This document shows positions 1 to 9,436 of a stretch of 64,000 nt of DNA, in pieces. Source of the DNA: Sedimentisphaerales bacterium (GTDB taxonomy: Bacteria; Planctomycetota; Phycisphaerae; Sedimentisphaerales; Anaerobacaceae); assembly GCA_963708075.1 (NCBI GenBank), contig OY970194.1, forward strand, positions 1,536,001 to 1,600,000, written 5' to 3'. A model generated the notes under the pieces. That model ran no database searches and was not told where the DNA came from. It saw nothing but the letters and a program-made list of their open reading frames with translations. The number at the start of each line of letters is the position of its first letter. The stretch's first letter is position 1. A program made the position numbers and the translations under genes.

Positions 1-2
1 CG

Positions 3-155
3 GAACCGGGCAAGTACAACCTCGTAACTGATTTCTCTGATTCCACCTACCGGTATGTGCCAGACTTCCCGACCGAACTGATCCTTATTCTTGGCGTCGA
101 CGAGGCAACTCTGCAACTGCTGGAGGCCGCGATAGAGGGACGGTCGGCACGATAG
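3..155 (+). CDS. 3' end of an upstream gene (partial, unknown product)
   Basis: Open frame from the window edge (EPGKYNLVTDF...EGRSAR) ending at TAG 153-155. Confidence 0.5.
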   Translation, partial: EPGKYNLVTDFSDSTYRYVPDFPTELILILGVDEATLQLLEAAIEGRSAR

Positions 156-263
156 CAGAGCAGCGCGGCCCTGACGCCCTTTTCGATGATTCGCGCGGTT
201 CGTGGTTTCGCTTTGGCCCTGATCATCTTGGATGACATCACTTCTGATATGGGCGCCGCATTG

Positions 264-292
264 TTGACAGGCGGTGACGATAATGGTACTCT
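264..292 (+). promoter_or_regulatory. Sigma70-like promoter
   Basis: TTGACA-17nt-TACTCT upstream of the 370 ORF. Confidence 0.5.
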
Positions 293-369
293 CTCCACCG
301 GAATCGTGCCGTCCGTCGTAAGATCGCCGACGGCACGAGGCGCTCAAACTGGGGTCGGGGAGATGCATC

Positions 370-1113
370 ATGATGAAGAGGAGCACGCTTGCCGGTGGGT
401 TGGTCGTGTTGTTCATGTCTGGCGCCGTGTACGCCCTGGATCCGCTGGGGCCTCCCAAGGCCATTGTCGGCCGAAACAACTGGAGCCTGGGCGTCGACTA
501 CGCCTTCAGCGACACGGACTCGGAGTTGAGCAACGTCGTCTTCGACGGCGCGCCTGTGCGCGATCTCCCAAGCAAGGGGTTCAAAGCCAACAGGGCATAT
601 GCAACTCCGCGATATGGAGTGCTGGACAACCTTGACATATTTGGACGGATCGGGGCTATCGCTTTGGTGGAGTCCCCTATTTTGAGGCTTGAACCCTTCG
701 TTGGGGATGTCGGATTAGCGTGGGGCTTCGGAGCGGCGATGACGCTCTATGATTCCGACCGGCTCGACTGGGGTGTCGTCGCACAATGGAGCCGGAGTCG
801 AACCGAGGAAGACCAGTTTGGCATCACCGCGCATATTCACAGGGAGTTGGAGGTTGACTCGCTTCAGATCGCCACGGGCCCAACGTATCAGATCCGGGAG
901 GACTTGGATCTCTACGGCGGAGGCTTCTATCATGCCCTCGATGGCGAATTCGAGGACCCATTGGCCCAGTTCGACATGGAGGAGGACAACTCCCTTGGCG
1001 GATTTGCGGGTCTGGACTGGGCGGTCAAGGAGGACGTTCACTGGTTTCTGGAGGCGCAGAGCACCGGCTCCGCTTCTGCCGCAGCGACCGGCCTCAAATG
1101 GCTCTTCCGATAA
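370..1113 (+). CDS. Outer-membrane beta-barrel-like protein
   Basis: Signal peptide, alternating amphipathic strands with aromatics, terminal LKWLFR. Confidence 0.7.
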   Translation: MMKRSTLAGGLVVLFMSGAVYALDPLGPPKAIVGRNNWSLGVDYAFSDTDSELSNVVFDGAPVRDLPSKGFKANRAYATPRYGVLDNLDIFGRIGAIALVESPILRLEPFVGDVGLAWGFGAAMTLYDSDRLDWGVVAQWSRSRTEEDQFGITAHIHRELEVDSLQIATGPTYQIREDLDLYGGGFYHALDGEFEDPLAQFDMEEDNSLGGFAGLDWAVKEDVHWFLEAQSTGSASAAATGLKWLFR

Positions 1114-1167
1114 ACCCGGCCCGCCCGGTCAGGACGATAGTCGGCCGACCTTCCGCTGGCGGCTCGT

Positions 1168-1270
1168 GTCGGGAGCAAAACGGGATGGTCTGGGTGCCAT
1201 GCTTACGCTCGCGTGAGCATGCCTTGCTCATCGAGTGGAACATGTCTATGCAAGCGTAGACATGGCACCC
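1168..1270. repeat. REP/REPIN-like palindromic element, copy 1
   Basis: TGGGTGCCATG...CATGGCACCC termini with two internal palindromes; inverted copy at 2875-2977. Confidence 0.85.
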
Positions 1271-1300
1271 GCTGCCCGGAATTCTGAGATCGTGGGGAAA

Positions 1301-1744
1301 CTACAGGTCGTGGAATTGAGTACGATGCCCGCAGGCATCCAGCAGGCGGGGCTGTTCGACGGCGCTCGGTTTCAGTTTGTCGGATGCGGCGACGCGGTGC
1401 AGGACGTAGCGGTAGGCCCGGCGGGCGAGGAATTTCGGGATTCGGTACTCCGCGGCGATGCACTTGATGAGGACATCCTCGGTCTGGCCCTCGGAGAGCT
1501 TGCGGCGAAGATCGTCGAGGGAGCGGACCTGCCGGAGACCCCGGTACACGGATCGCAGCTTCAGGAGCGTGAGAATCGGCCCGACGACGGGCCAATAGCC
1601 GAGCGGCCATCCGATGATGAAGACGATGAGCAGGGCATACTGGTTCCGCGGGCCATGGAAGAGAAGGTAGTAGACGGCCAGCGGCACGGTCGTGACGAGG
1701 CCGATCACCCAAATAATCGCGGCAAGGATGCCGTAGCGGATCAC
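1301..1744 (-). CDS. Hypothetical membrane protein (2 TM)
   Basis: 147-aa ORF with two N-terminal hydrophobic helices; GAAGGGGGA RBS. Confidence 0.7.
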   Translation of the reverse strand: MIRYGILAAIIWVIGLVTTVPLAVYYLLFHGPRNQYALLIVFIIGWPLGYWPVVGPILTLLKLRSVYRGLRQVRSLDDLRRKLSEGQTEDVLIKCIAAEYRIPKFLARRAYRYVLHRVAASDKLKPSAVEQPRLLDACGHRTQFHDL

Positions 1745-1895
1745 AGATGTCCCCCTTCGAATTCCAGTCTCTCAACACTGCGCGCTTCGCGTCCCCGGCG
1801 AGCGTTTGACCGCGGCCGGAAGCCGGGCGTGCGGCTATTTTCTCTTGCCCTTGCCAGCCGGTTTGGCCTTGCCCGCGTCAGGCTTGGCCGCAGGC

Positions 1896-2852
1896 TTATT
1901 GGCACTGCTGCCTGTGGTGGCGCTGCCGGGCGCATTGCTGCCGGGCTTGACGGTGTTGCCGCCGGAGCTCGCGCTGGGCTTGTCGGTACTGGCATCCGCT
2001 TTGCCGGTCGGCTTGCCAGTGGAGGACGACGAGGACGGGGTCGTGGTCGGAGGCTACGGGCTCATCTACGATGACCACCTCCTTGACCTGCCAGGGGTCG
2101 CAGCGGCGCACGAGGACGTAGTCGATCTTCGAGCGGGGCGCGACAGTGTCGAGCCAGCCATTTTCGAGCAGGACACTCATGGGCTCGCTGCCGGGACGGG
2201 CGTTGAAATCGCCGGCGAGGATGACGGGATAGTCGTGCTGCGCGGTCAGCGAGACGTTGCCTCGCTGGGCTTGCGATGACTCCTCGGCCGCCGGGTCCGG
2301 GAACAGCTCGCTGATGCGCCGAGTCTGCTGGATGCGGGTCTCCTCGTTCTGGTGGCACAGGTGCGTGCCGACAAAGGCAAGGGGCGGAAGGCCGGCAGGC
2401 TTGATCAGAACCTCCAAAGCCGCTCGCGGCTCCTGGCCCACCTGATACGGCAGCGGATGGATGGCGGTCTTTTCTATCGGGAATCGGGAGAGGATCGCCT
2501 CGCCGTAGCGGCCGCCCTGGTACGGCATGGCCTGACCAAACACGTGACGCATTCTGCAGAGCTTGCCCAGAAGCACCGCCTGATCGGCGCCGGAGACTCG
2601 CTCTGTCCCGTGGTCCACTTCCTGCAGGGCGACAATGTCCGGGGACAGGTCGTTGATGACCTTCGCGAGCCGGCGGTAGTCGAATCTCTCGTCCGTTCCT
2701 TCGCCGTGGTGGATGTTGTAGGTCAGCACACGAAGCGTCTTCGGGGACTGCGGCGTGACCGATCCGGCTTGGCAACCCGCCAGCGCGATCAGCCATGCCC
2801 CGATCACCACCGACACGACAAATACCCTTCGCTGACATCTCGGACCCATCAT
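1896..2852 (-). CDS. Endonuclease/exonuclease/phosphatase (EEP) family lipoprotein
   Basis: LAGC lipobox; TYNIHHG, LQEVD, THL, GDFNA, IDY and SDHDPV motifs; C-terminal tail probably out of frame. Confidence 0.9.
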   Translation of the reverse strand: MMGPRCQRRVFVVSVVIGAWLIALAGCQAGSVTPQSPKTLRVLTYNIHHGEGTDERFDYRRLAKVINDLSPDIVALQEVDHGTERVSGADQAVLLGKLCRMRHVFGQAMPYQGGRYGEAILSRFPIEKTAIHPLPYQVGQEPRAALEVLIKPAGLPPLAFVGTHLCHQNEETRIQQTRRISELFPDPAAEESSQAQRGNVSLTAQHDYPVILAGDFNARPGSEPMSVLLENGWLDTVAPRSKIDYVLVRRCDPWQVKEVVIVDEPVASDHDPVLVVLHWQADRQSGCQYRQAQRELRRQHRQARQQCARQRHHRQQCQ

Positions 2853-2874
2853 TTCTCCTAAGAAACCAACTGAT

Positions 2875-2977
2875 TGGGTGCCATGTCTACGCTTGCGCAG
2901 ACATGTTCCACTCGATGGGTAAGGCATGCTTACGCGAGCGTAAGCATGGCACCCAAACCATCCCTTTTTGTCCCGAC
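2875..2977. repeat. REP/REPIN-like palindromic element, copy 2 (inverted)
   Basis: Reverse complement matches 1191-1270 with 5 mismatches in 80 bp, plus ~22 bp of flanking similarity. Confidence 0.85.
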
Positions 2978-3023
2978 AACGACTGTGCAGCGGCTTGGTG
3001 ATTCACAATGACGTAAGGGAGTC

Positions 3024-3452
3024 TCAACCCTGCCGATGGTACGTGCCGTCCGCGCGGCGGCGCTCGGATTTTTCGCTGATCACCGTGCCCTCGCGCATGT
3101 CGAGGCCGATTCGCTCGACCAGCGTCTTGATGTAGTCCAGGTGCGGGCAAGGCGGGGAGTGGTAGTTGTCCTTGCACACGCAGGACGACAACTGCACAAC
3201 GACCTGCTCTTTCCTGATCCCCTCCTTCTTCGCGGCGGTCTTCAGGAACTTGGCGAGCTTGCGGTGCGTCGCCCTGCCGCAACATCCGCCGCACGTGATG
3301 CTGACGTACCGATAGGATTTATCCTTCGGATACTCGGCAAAGCCCCCGGTCCGCTCATGCAGGGCCTTTTCGCATAGATACCCCGGGCACCGCTGCTTGA
3401 CAATCTCGCACTGCACTATGACGACGTATTCTTTCCCGGCCAGATCCACCAT
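3024..3452 (-). CDS. CGGC domain metal-binding protein
   Basis: Cys pattern C-x6-CPGYLC, TCGGCCG, SSC, PPCPH; TTGACG-17-TACTCT promoter at 3515-3487. Confidence 0.85.
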   Translation of the reverse strand: MVDLAGKEYVVIVQCEIVKQRCPGYLCEKALHERTGGFAEYPKDKSYRYVSITCGGCCGRATHRKLAKFLKTAAKKEGIRKEQVVVQLSSCVCKDNYHSPPCPHLDYIKTLVERIGLDMREGTVISEKSERRRADGTYHRQG

Positions 3453-3598
3453 CTTCAGCACTCCAACAGCCTCCCCCACCCGCCATAGAGTACAAACCAG
3501 CCCAGCCACCGTCAAGTCGCAGCGCAGCTCACCGCCTGCCCGGGTGCGGCCGGCAGCCGGTGGCGGATTCGAGCCGCGTTGCCGATCTTTCCCGGCGA

Positions 3599-4915
3599 TC
3601 AATACGAGCGGGCTATGTCATGGCCATGGTATGCGACCCGCGGCCGAGGCCGCAGCATGGTGTTGGCGCCCGCGGCAGGCTTGCGGCATTGGCTTTGTTT
3701 CGCAGGGTTCGCTCCGTTTGTAGTGACGCCGCCCGGCGTTCCTTTCGATGCCTCTGCGGTCACATGGCGAGCGGACGCGGCGGCCTCCATTGGCCTTGTT
3801 TGGCTGTCATTCCCTTGCAGCGGAACCTGCATCGTGGGCTCGGCAGACGCAGGATGAGCCGCACGTTGCCCATGCGATTCGGCCGTCGCCGCCAATTGGC
3901 TTTGTTTCGCATCGCCGTCCCCGTTGGTAGTGACGCCGCAAGGCGTTTCCGGGGGAGTATCGAGTTTCAAGTGTGACGTTTGAGGTGCAGGCTCGCCGCC
4001 GGGCGCTTCACACCTGGCACTGGGAGCCTCGTTCGATGCTCCTGCGGGCACACTACAAACGGACCCGGCCGCCTCCATTGGCTTTGTTTCGCACGATGGT
4101 TCGTCCTCCGACGCCGGGCCGGCCCCGCTTGACACTTCCTGCTCCGAGTGGCTTTGTTTCACAGTTTCGCAGGGTGGACTGTGCCCGCCTTCCGCCGTCA
4201 CAGATTGGGTTTGTTTCACATCGCCGTCCCCGTTCGTCGTGACGCCGCAAGGCGTTTCCGGTGATGCTGTTGCGGGCACACTACAAGCGGACTCACCTGC
4301 CTCTATTGGCTTTGTTTTGCACGGCGAGTTTGTCGGATCGGCGGGTTCGCCCTCGCAGGTCGGGAGGTGCCCGCCCTCTTGCTCTCGCAGCCGCTGCAGC
4401 TTGTGCAGATCGTTCAGGGTCCTGGACAAGCTGGCCTCGATCCGCCGCTCGTGAAGCATCAGGCGGTCCAGCACCTTCGCCTGGAGGCAGTCCCGCACGA
4501 CCACCCGGCCCACCAATAGACGCGGGTCGGTGTCCGGATCGCTCTGCATCTGCTCGATATCCTCCTCGGACACGAACTCGTCGAACTCCTCCAGGGACTC
4601 GGTGATCTCCCGCGTCAGCAGGTAGTCGAGGGCGACATTTTGCAGACGCTGGGCCCGCTGCAGCCGCCAGGAGAGGCTGACGATCCGCTCGGCAAACAGG
4701 GTTTCCATCTCCCCGAGCGGGGCCAGTTCCCCGAGCAGCCTGCGGCGCAGGAGCTCGAACTGCCGGGGGTCTTCCCCCGGGATGACATCCTGATGGGCCC
4801 CAAAGCCATGCTTGAGGGCGTTCTGGGCCACGATGGCCTTGCCCTGCTTGGTGCGGGGCCCGGTGGACTTTGAGGCATTGCGACGATTGGCGGCGACTCG
4901 TGCTTCACTGGTCAT
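3599..4915 (-). CDS. Hypothetical protein (ANRRNAxKSTGPRT N-terminus) with repetitive C-terminal tail
   Basis: 438-aa ORF; ordered helical N-terminal ~180 aa, then a low-complexity repeat tail. Confidence 0.75.
   Translation of the reverse strand: MTSEARVAANRRNASKSTGPRTKQGKAIVAQNALKHGFGAHQDVIPGEDPRQFELLRRRLLGELAPLGEMETLFAERIVSLSWRLQRAQRLQNVALDYLLTREITESLEEFDEFVSEEDIEQMQSDPDTDPRLLVGRVVVRDCLQAKVLDRLMLHERRIEASLSRTLNDLHKLQRLREQEGGHLPTCEGEPADPTNSPCKTKPIEAGESACSVPATASPETPCGVTTNGDGDVKQTQSVTAEGGHSPPCETVKQSHSEQEVSSGAGPASEDEPSCETKPMEAAGSVCSVPAGASNEAPSARCEAPGGEPAPQTSHLKLDTPPETPCGVTTNGDGDAKQSQLAATAESHGQRAAHPASAEPTMQVPLQGNDSQTRPMEAAASARHVTAEASKGTPGGVTTNGANPAKQSQCRKPAAGANTMLRPRPRVAYHGHDIARSY
3688..4321. 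repeat. Array of seven 17-bp motifs (consensus ATTGGCTTTGTTTCGCA) within higher-order ~118-bp units
   Basis: Copies start at 3688, 3789, 3895, 4077, 4147, 4204 and 4305. Confidence 0.85.
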
Positions 4916-4934
4916 GGGAAGCCCTCCGAAGAAT

Positions 4935-4963
4935 GTACGATTTAGGATTTATGATTTATGATT
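4935..4963. repeat. Heptamer tandem repeat (GATTTAN)
   Basis: gtacgatttaggatttatgatttatgatt. Confidence 0.6.
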
Positions 4964-5237
4964 GGGCGTGGCCTCCAGGCCGATCTGGGCGCTCCGGCGC
5001 CCGGTGAGACTTGGTCGTCAGACCATATATAGAGACGCAGCCGCAGGGTCAAATGTTGCATGAATTTCTGTTACATACGCACAATACTTATAACTGGCGG
5101 TGGCAAAAGGACTTACGGCCTCGGATTTTGTTCGTGACGGGAGAGCGACAGGAAGAGTGCCGATCGGCCGGTCGACAGCGATGTATAAGTCCTTGTGGCG
5201 TAATGCCTTAGAGACTCTAACGGAATGAGCCCATTAT

Positions 5238-5345
5238 GTCACCCCCGCGCAGGGCAAGCTTCGCGGGAATGACATATGGGCGCCATTGCCACGTCTTCAT
5301 TCTCGTGGAGCCCCTGAGGCTGTAGGATGGGCTTTAGCCCATGCG
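5238..5345. repeat. REP-like palindromes
   Basis: TGTCACCCCCGCG...CGCGGGAATGACA and GTAGGATGGGCTTTAGCCCAT. Confidence 0.55.
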
Positions 5346-5359
5346 GATGATGGCGACCG

Positions 5360-6172
5360 CTACCGCCCGGATCGGGGATTCGAGCCGCCCGCCGGAGAAT
5401 TTGGCTCGCCCGCCTCCCGCCGCAGTCTGGGGTAGCCCTTGCCTTCGTCGATCTGCCAAATGTCCGCCTTGCCGTTGGTCGTCTCGTCCGTGAAGTCCCA
5501 GCCGGCGTCGAGGAACGTCTTGGCCGTCTGCATCTCGGCCGTAGTCTTGCCCGTCCCGCCCGCACTGCTCACCTGACCGCTGGTTTCGGCATCCCAGAGG
5601 CAGTCGCGAATGGTGCCCTGGGTCGTTCCCACAAAGCCTCCCACCAGTCCGCCGACCATCTGATTGCCCGAGACACTGCCGCCCTGCACGTAGCAGCCGG
5701 TAACGACCCCATCCTTGAGTTGGCCCACGAGCGAGCCGACGTTGTCTCCAGTGCTCGCTTGGACATCCGGCTCAATGAGGCCGAGATTCCTGATTTCTGC
5801 GTCTATCCCGTCGACATATCCAAAGAGCCCCACGTTGTCCTTGCTGGTGCAGTTGCAGGCCAAATGCGAAATCGTGTGTCCGTTGCCGTCAAAGCTGCCC
5901 GTGAAGGGCTTCTCCGAATCGCCTATCACGCGGATCTCTCCGCCCGCCTCACCAGCCATATCGATGTCGACCATGAGCCGGAAGTGGTTAGCCAGATCGC
6001 AAGGATCGACGCCGATGGCGTTCATGTGCTCGGCAGTCCATATCTGATAAGGATCGTCGGCCGTGCCGCTGCCACCGCCGTATTTAGCTTCGCCAGAGAT
6101 GGCCATGAGCCAGGCTGCAAGCAGTGGCAGCACTGCCCACACGAGGATTCGCGAGTTCCGCTCCGTTTTCAT
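5360..6172 (-). CDS. Secreted GLUG-motif protein
   Basis: Signal peptide; GGGSGTADDPYQI, FTGSFDGNGHTI, VGLFG, VGGLVG and AGWDF...W...GYPRL motifs. Confidence 0.85.
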   Translation of the reverse strand: MKTERNSRILVWAVLPLLAAWLMAISGEAKYGGGSGTADDPYQIWTAEHMNAIGVDPCDLANHFRLMVDIDMAGEAGGEIRVIGDSEKPFTGSFDGNGHTISHLACNCTSKDNVGLFGYVDGIDAEIRNLGLIEPDVQASTGDNVGSLVGQLKDGVVTGCYVQGGSVSGNQMVGGLVGGFVGTTQGTIRDCLWDAETSGQVSSAGGTGKTTAEMQTAKTFLDAGWDFTDETTNGKADIWQIDEGKGYPRLRREAGEPNSPAGGSNPRSGR

Positions 6173-6317
6173 TTCTCAGCCTCCATCTCGCCGACACCGC
6201 CAAAAGACAACGCTGGCCTCCGGGCGTGTATGATAACCGCGTGCGTTAAGAACGCACCCTACACTTCACCAGCATACAGTATACCTGATGGGGACTGTGC
6301 CGGTCAACTATTGGGGT

Positions 6318-7540
6318 CAGGGCTATCGCATCTAAATGCCAAGGACCTTAAGCAGGTAGTCTCGGTCCCAGCCGGCTCGGAGGCGTTTGGCGGCGATGCC
6401 GCCCTTGGCCGTCTTCTCCTGCTTGAGCAGCATCAGGGCGATTCGACGCAATCGCGAGAAGTTCTCGGCGGCGTTGGCCACTCGGACTCGACTGGCGTCC
6501 TCATGGAAACTCACGTCCAGCGACCAGTGCAACTGGACCTCCACGGACCAGTGATGGCGAATCAATGTCCCCAGACGCTGGGCACAGTGTCCCGGATGGG
6601 AGCTGATGAAGTAGTGTCGCTTTCGTTCGCACTGGCCGTTGACCTGACGCTCTCGCTCGATGGCCGTGAGGCTGCCCAGACCCGGCCAGTCGTGACGCCC
6701 TTGCAGCCATCCCACATCGCTGGTAGTCCACACCCGGCGGGTTTCCAGTCGTCCATGGCCTTTTTCCACGGTTTCCCAGAAGTCCTGCTCGCCGGCAAAC
6801 CCGTGGGCGATGCCGTCCTCCATGTACATCCGGGCATCCTCGTACAGAGTCCCTTGGTTAGCCTTGAGGGCCAGCACATAGTCGCCGCCCTGATCGACGA
6901 TCTGCTCGGCGATCTCCTTTTGACAACCCATGGCGTCAATCGTGATGGTTGCCTCCTCCACGTCGAGCAGCTTGAGCAACTCCGGGATCGCGGTGATCTC
7001 ATTGCTCTTGGCATCGACCGCCCGTTGGCCGAAAGCCACGCAGTTCTCGTGGACCCAGGCACTGACCATGTGCAACGGGCCTTTGGCACGGACCCGATCA
7101 AAGCTGTTTCGCAGGGTCTTGCCGTCGATGGCGATGTGCTTGCCCCGGCTGCTGCCGGCCAGATCCGCCACAAACGCCTGCATGACCGCTTCAAACGCAT
7201 CCGGGTCCAGGGCGGCAAAGACCCGACCAAAGGTATCATGCGATGGAATGCCATTGGGCAGGTCCAGAAACGTGCCAAACCATTCCTCGTTGACGTTGCC
7301 GAACATCTCTACGTCCGTCCAGTGCTCAGCCCCGCAGATCACGGCACAGACGCCAATGACCAGAATATCCTGTAATTCATGCCGTTTCGTCCGCTCCACG
7401 CGAGGATCAGGAACCGCGGCAAAATGATCCCAAATCGACTTGCTCATCAAGAACGTATTCCTCTCTAATCTGAGTGTCTTGCTTCTGAGAAGAATACGAA
7501 ACCACACCTACAAAGGCTCAATTTAGATGCGATAGCCCTA
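6318..7540 (-). mobile_element. Complete ISAs1-family insertion sequence
   Basis: 20-bp terminal inverted repeats (6318-6337 and 7521-7540, 19/20 match); 8-bp target duplication ATTGGGGT at 6310-6317 and 7541-7548. Confidence 0.95.
6332..7447 (-). CDS. ISAs1-family DDE transposase
   Basis: [49 protein letters not shown] and [11 protein letters not shown] motifs. Confidence 0.97.
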   Translation of the reverse strand: MSKSIWDHFAAVPDPRVERTKRHELQDILVIGVCAVICGAEHWTDVEMFGNVNEEWFGTFLDLPNGIPSHDTFGRVFAALDPDAFEAVMQAFVADLAGSSRGKHIAIDGKTLRNSFDRVRAKGPLHMVSAWVHENCVAFGQRAVDAKSNEITAIPELLKLLDVEEATITIDAMGCQKEIAEQIVDQGGDYVLALKANQGTLYEDARMYMEDGIAHGFAGEQDFWETVEKGHGRLETRRVWTTSDVGWLQGRHDWPGLGSLTAIERERQVNGQCERKRHYFISSHPGHCAQRLGTLIRHHWSVEVQLHWSLDVSFHEDASRVRVANAAENFSRLRRIALMLLKQEKTAKGGIAAKRLRAGWDRDYLLKVLGI

Positions 7541-7552
7541 ATTGGGGTGACT

Positions 7553-7587
7553 TGTTTCGGATTTCGATATTCGTGTTTCGGATTTCC
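7553..7587. repeat. Heptamer repeat arm (ATTTCGR-type)
   Basis: ttgtttcggatttcgatattcgtgtttcggatttc, near-identical to the right arm at 12519-12550. Confidence 0.7.
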
Positions 7588-7599
7588 CGCGAGGCGGGG

Positions 7600-8281
7600 C
7601 TACATATCCGGGACGACTTCTACGGAGAGTTCGCCGGTGGGTTTGATTTTGAAGACGTAGATGAGACCTTCGCGGAGCTTGCGGTAGATGACGTTGCCGT
7701 AGATGGCCTTGATGTCGTGCTCTTTGAGTCTGTCGAGGTTGTTGGCGAGGTCCCAGATCTCGGTCCAGAAGAGCTGCTGGTGCTCGATGGGCAGGGTTTG
7801 GAGCAGGCCGGCGTATCGTTTGGGCTCGGCGCCGGGCTCCTCGATGGGGTAGCCGTCCTGCGGGGCCATGGTCTCGCCGTAGATGCGTCGCCACAGGTAC
7901 AGGGCCCTGGCCCGGCCGTCCATCACCATCTTGTCACCGAATGTGACGATCAGGGCATCGAAGTGGATGACATCGCCCTCGACCGTGTACTCCTTTTGCA
8001 GGATCTTGACGGTTTTGTCTTCCCGCGAGGTTCTCGACGAACCGGATGGTCGTCAGCGTGCGTCCGTTCTCGCTTCGCTGCGAGATCACCTTGGCGTAGC
8101 CGATCTGGTCCTCCTCGGTCAGGTTTCCGATCGCCTGCTTGAGCTGCTTGTTCTCGTTGAGCAGCTCGTGGATCGTCACCGCCCCGTGGTAGAGCCCGCG
8201 GCCCATGTACGCGCCGCCGGCAATCAGTACGGCCACAACGCCGAGGGCGAAGAATCCCGTTTTTCTACGTAAGTACGCCAT
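7600..8281 (-). CDS. Conserved hypothetical membrane-anchored protein (frameshift at ~8032)
   Basis: ORFs 7934-8281 and 7600-7929 join into one frame after removing one base from GAGAACC. Confidence 0.7.
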
Positions 8282-8442
8282 GCATTCCCATCTGCCTTCT
8301 TTAGCCGGTACTACGAGCCGCCGCCCCCGGAGGTTTTCATCGGCTCTGATGACTGAGTTTCTGCAAACTTTTGGCATTAGTGGTTGCATTATCGGCCGGG
8401 GGTCACTATATTCTACGACTCGAACATGGGTCGATTGAAGGG

Positions 8443-9246
8443 ATGCAATCTATGGTCAGGCAATGGTCTGTCGTTGTACGAATCGGCGTGTTGGTCGGCA
8501 TACTGGGGTTGTCGGGCTGCTACGAGCCTGAACCGAAGCCATCGATCACAGGGGAAGAATCGAGAGTCACATTGCCCCCGGCGCAGACACCGCCGGCACA
8601 GCATCAGCTTATGGGCAGGTCGGTCAACGGCCGGGCCATCATGGTCCAGGTCCTCGGCCGGGGCAGCGACACGGTATTCGTCATGGGCGCCATCCACGGC
8701 AACGAGCCGGCCAGCGCCACCCTGGTCGAGCGGTTGTCGGAGCACCTGCGGAGGAATCCCAGCCTGTTGGACGGCCGCCGCGTGGTCCTGCTGCCCGTCG
8801 CCAATCCCGACGGGTTGGCCGCCGGGACCCGGGAGAACGTGCACGGCATCGATCTGAACCGCAATTTCGAGGCCGGCAACCGCGTGGACAACGAGACGAA
8901 CGGCCATTCGGCACTGACCGAGCCGGAGTCCAAGGCCCTGCAGAGGATCATCAAGGAGTACAAGCCGAGCCGTATCGTCAGTATCCACCAGCCTTTAACG
9001 TGCATCGACTACGACGGCCCGGCCGGCGCGCTGGCCTCCCGCATGGCCCAGTATTGCGATCTGCCGATCAAGAAGCTGGGCGCCAGGCCCGGGTCGCTCG
9101 GCTCCTTCACCGGCGAAGAGCTCAAGATCCCGACTATCACACTCGAACTGCCGGAGACTGCGGCAAACCTGGGCGCTGCGGCATTGTGGGAGCAGTACGG
9201 CAGGGCCGTCCTGGCCGTGATCACCTACCCTGAACACCCCCTGTAG
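8443..9246 (+). CDS. M14 zinc peptidase, murein peptide amidase A-like lipoprotein
   Basis: LSGC lipobox; IHGNE, NPDG, IDLNRNF, EPES, VSIH, PGSLG and ITLELP motifs; TTGCAT-17-TATATT promoter at 8384-8412. Confidence 0.88.
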   Translation: MQSMVRQWSVVVRIGVLVGILGLSGCYEPEPKPSITGEESRVTLPPAQTPPAQHQLMGRSVNGRAIMVQVLGRGSDTVFVMGAIHGNEPASATLVERLSEHLRRNPSLLDGRRVVLLPVANPDGLAAGTRENVHGIDLNRNFEAGNRVDNETNGHSALTEPESKALQRIIKEYKPSRIVSIHQPLTCIDYDGPAGALASRMAQYCDLPIKKLGARPGSLGSFTGEELKIPTITLELPETAANLGAAALWEQYGRAVLAVITYPEHPL

Positions 9247-9269
9247 ATGGAAGTGGATCTGGCCATTCC

Positions 9270-9329
9270 GTAGGGTGTGCAATGCACACCTTTTCATCCG
9301 TAGAGGAAGGTGTGCGGTGCACACCCTAC
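9270..9329. repeat. GTAG-type REP doublet
   Basis: GTAGGGTGTGCAATGCACACC...GGTGTGCGGTGCACACCCTAC inverted pair. Confidence 0.8.
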
Positions 9330-9436
9330 AACCATCTGCGCTCTGCCTGAGAGCCCGCCACAAACAAAGTCCGCGCGGGAAGCATATAAGTAGTAGGATG
9401 GTGGCAGGACTCCCGTTACAATCACCGTGAAAGAGC

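Noticed and set aside
3688..4321. Possible CRISPR array
   Set aside because: Repeats are only 17 bp and degenerate, spacing is irregular (57-182 bp), spacers are homologous to each other, and there are no cas genes in the window.
5720..7375. Long antisense ORFs (also 10448-12613, 26015-27874, 43127-44851, 49002-50630)
   Set aside because: These are shadow ORFs expected opposite real genes in high-GC DNA, with no recognisable motifs.
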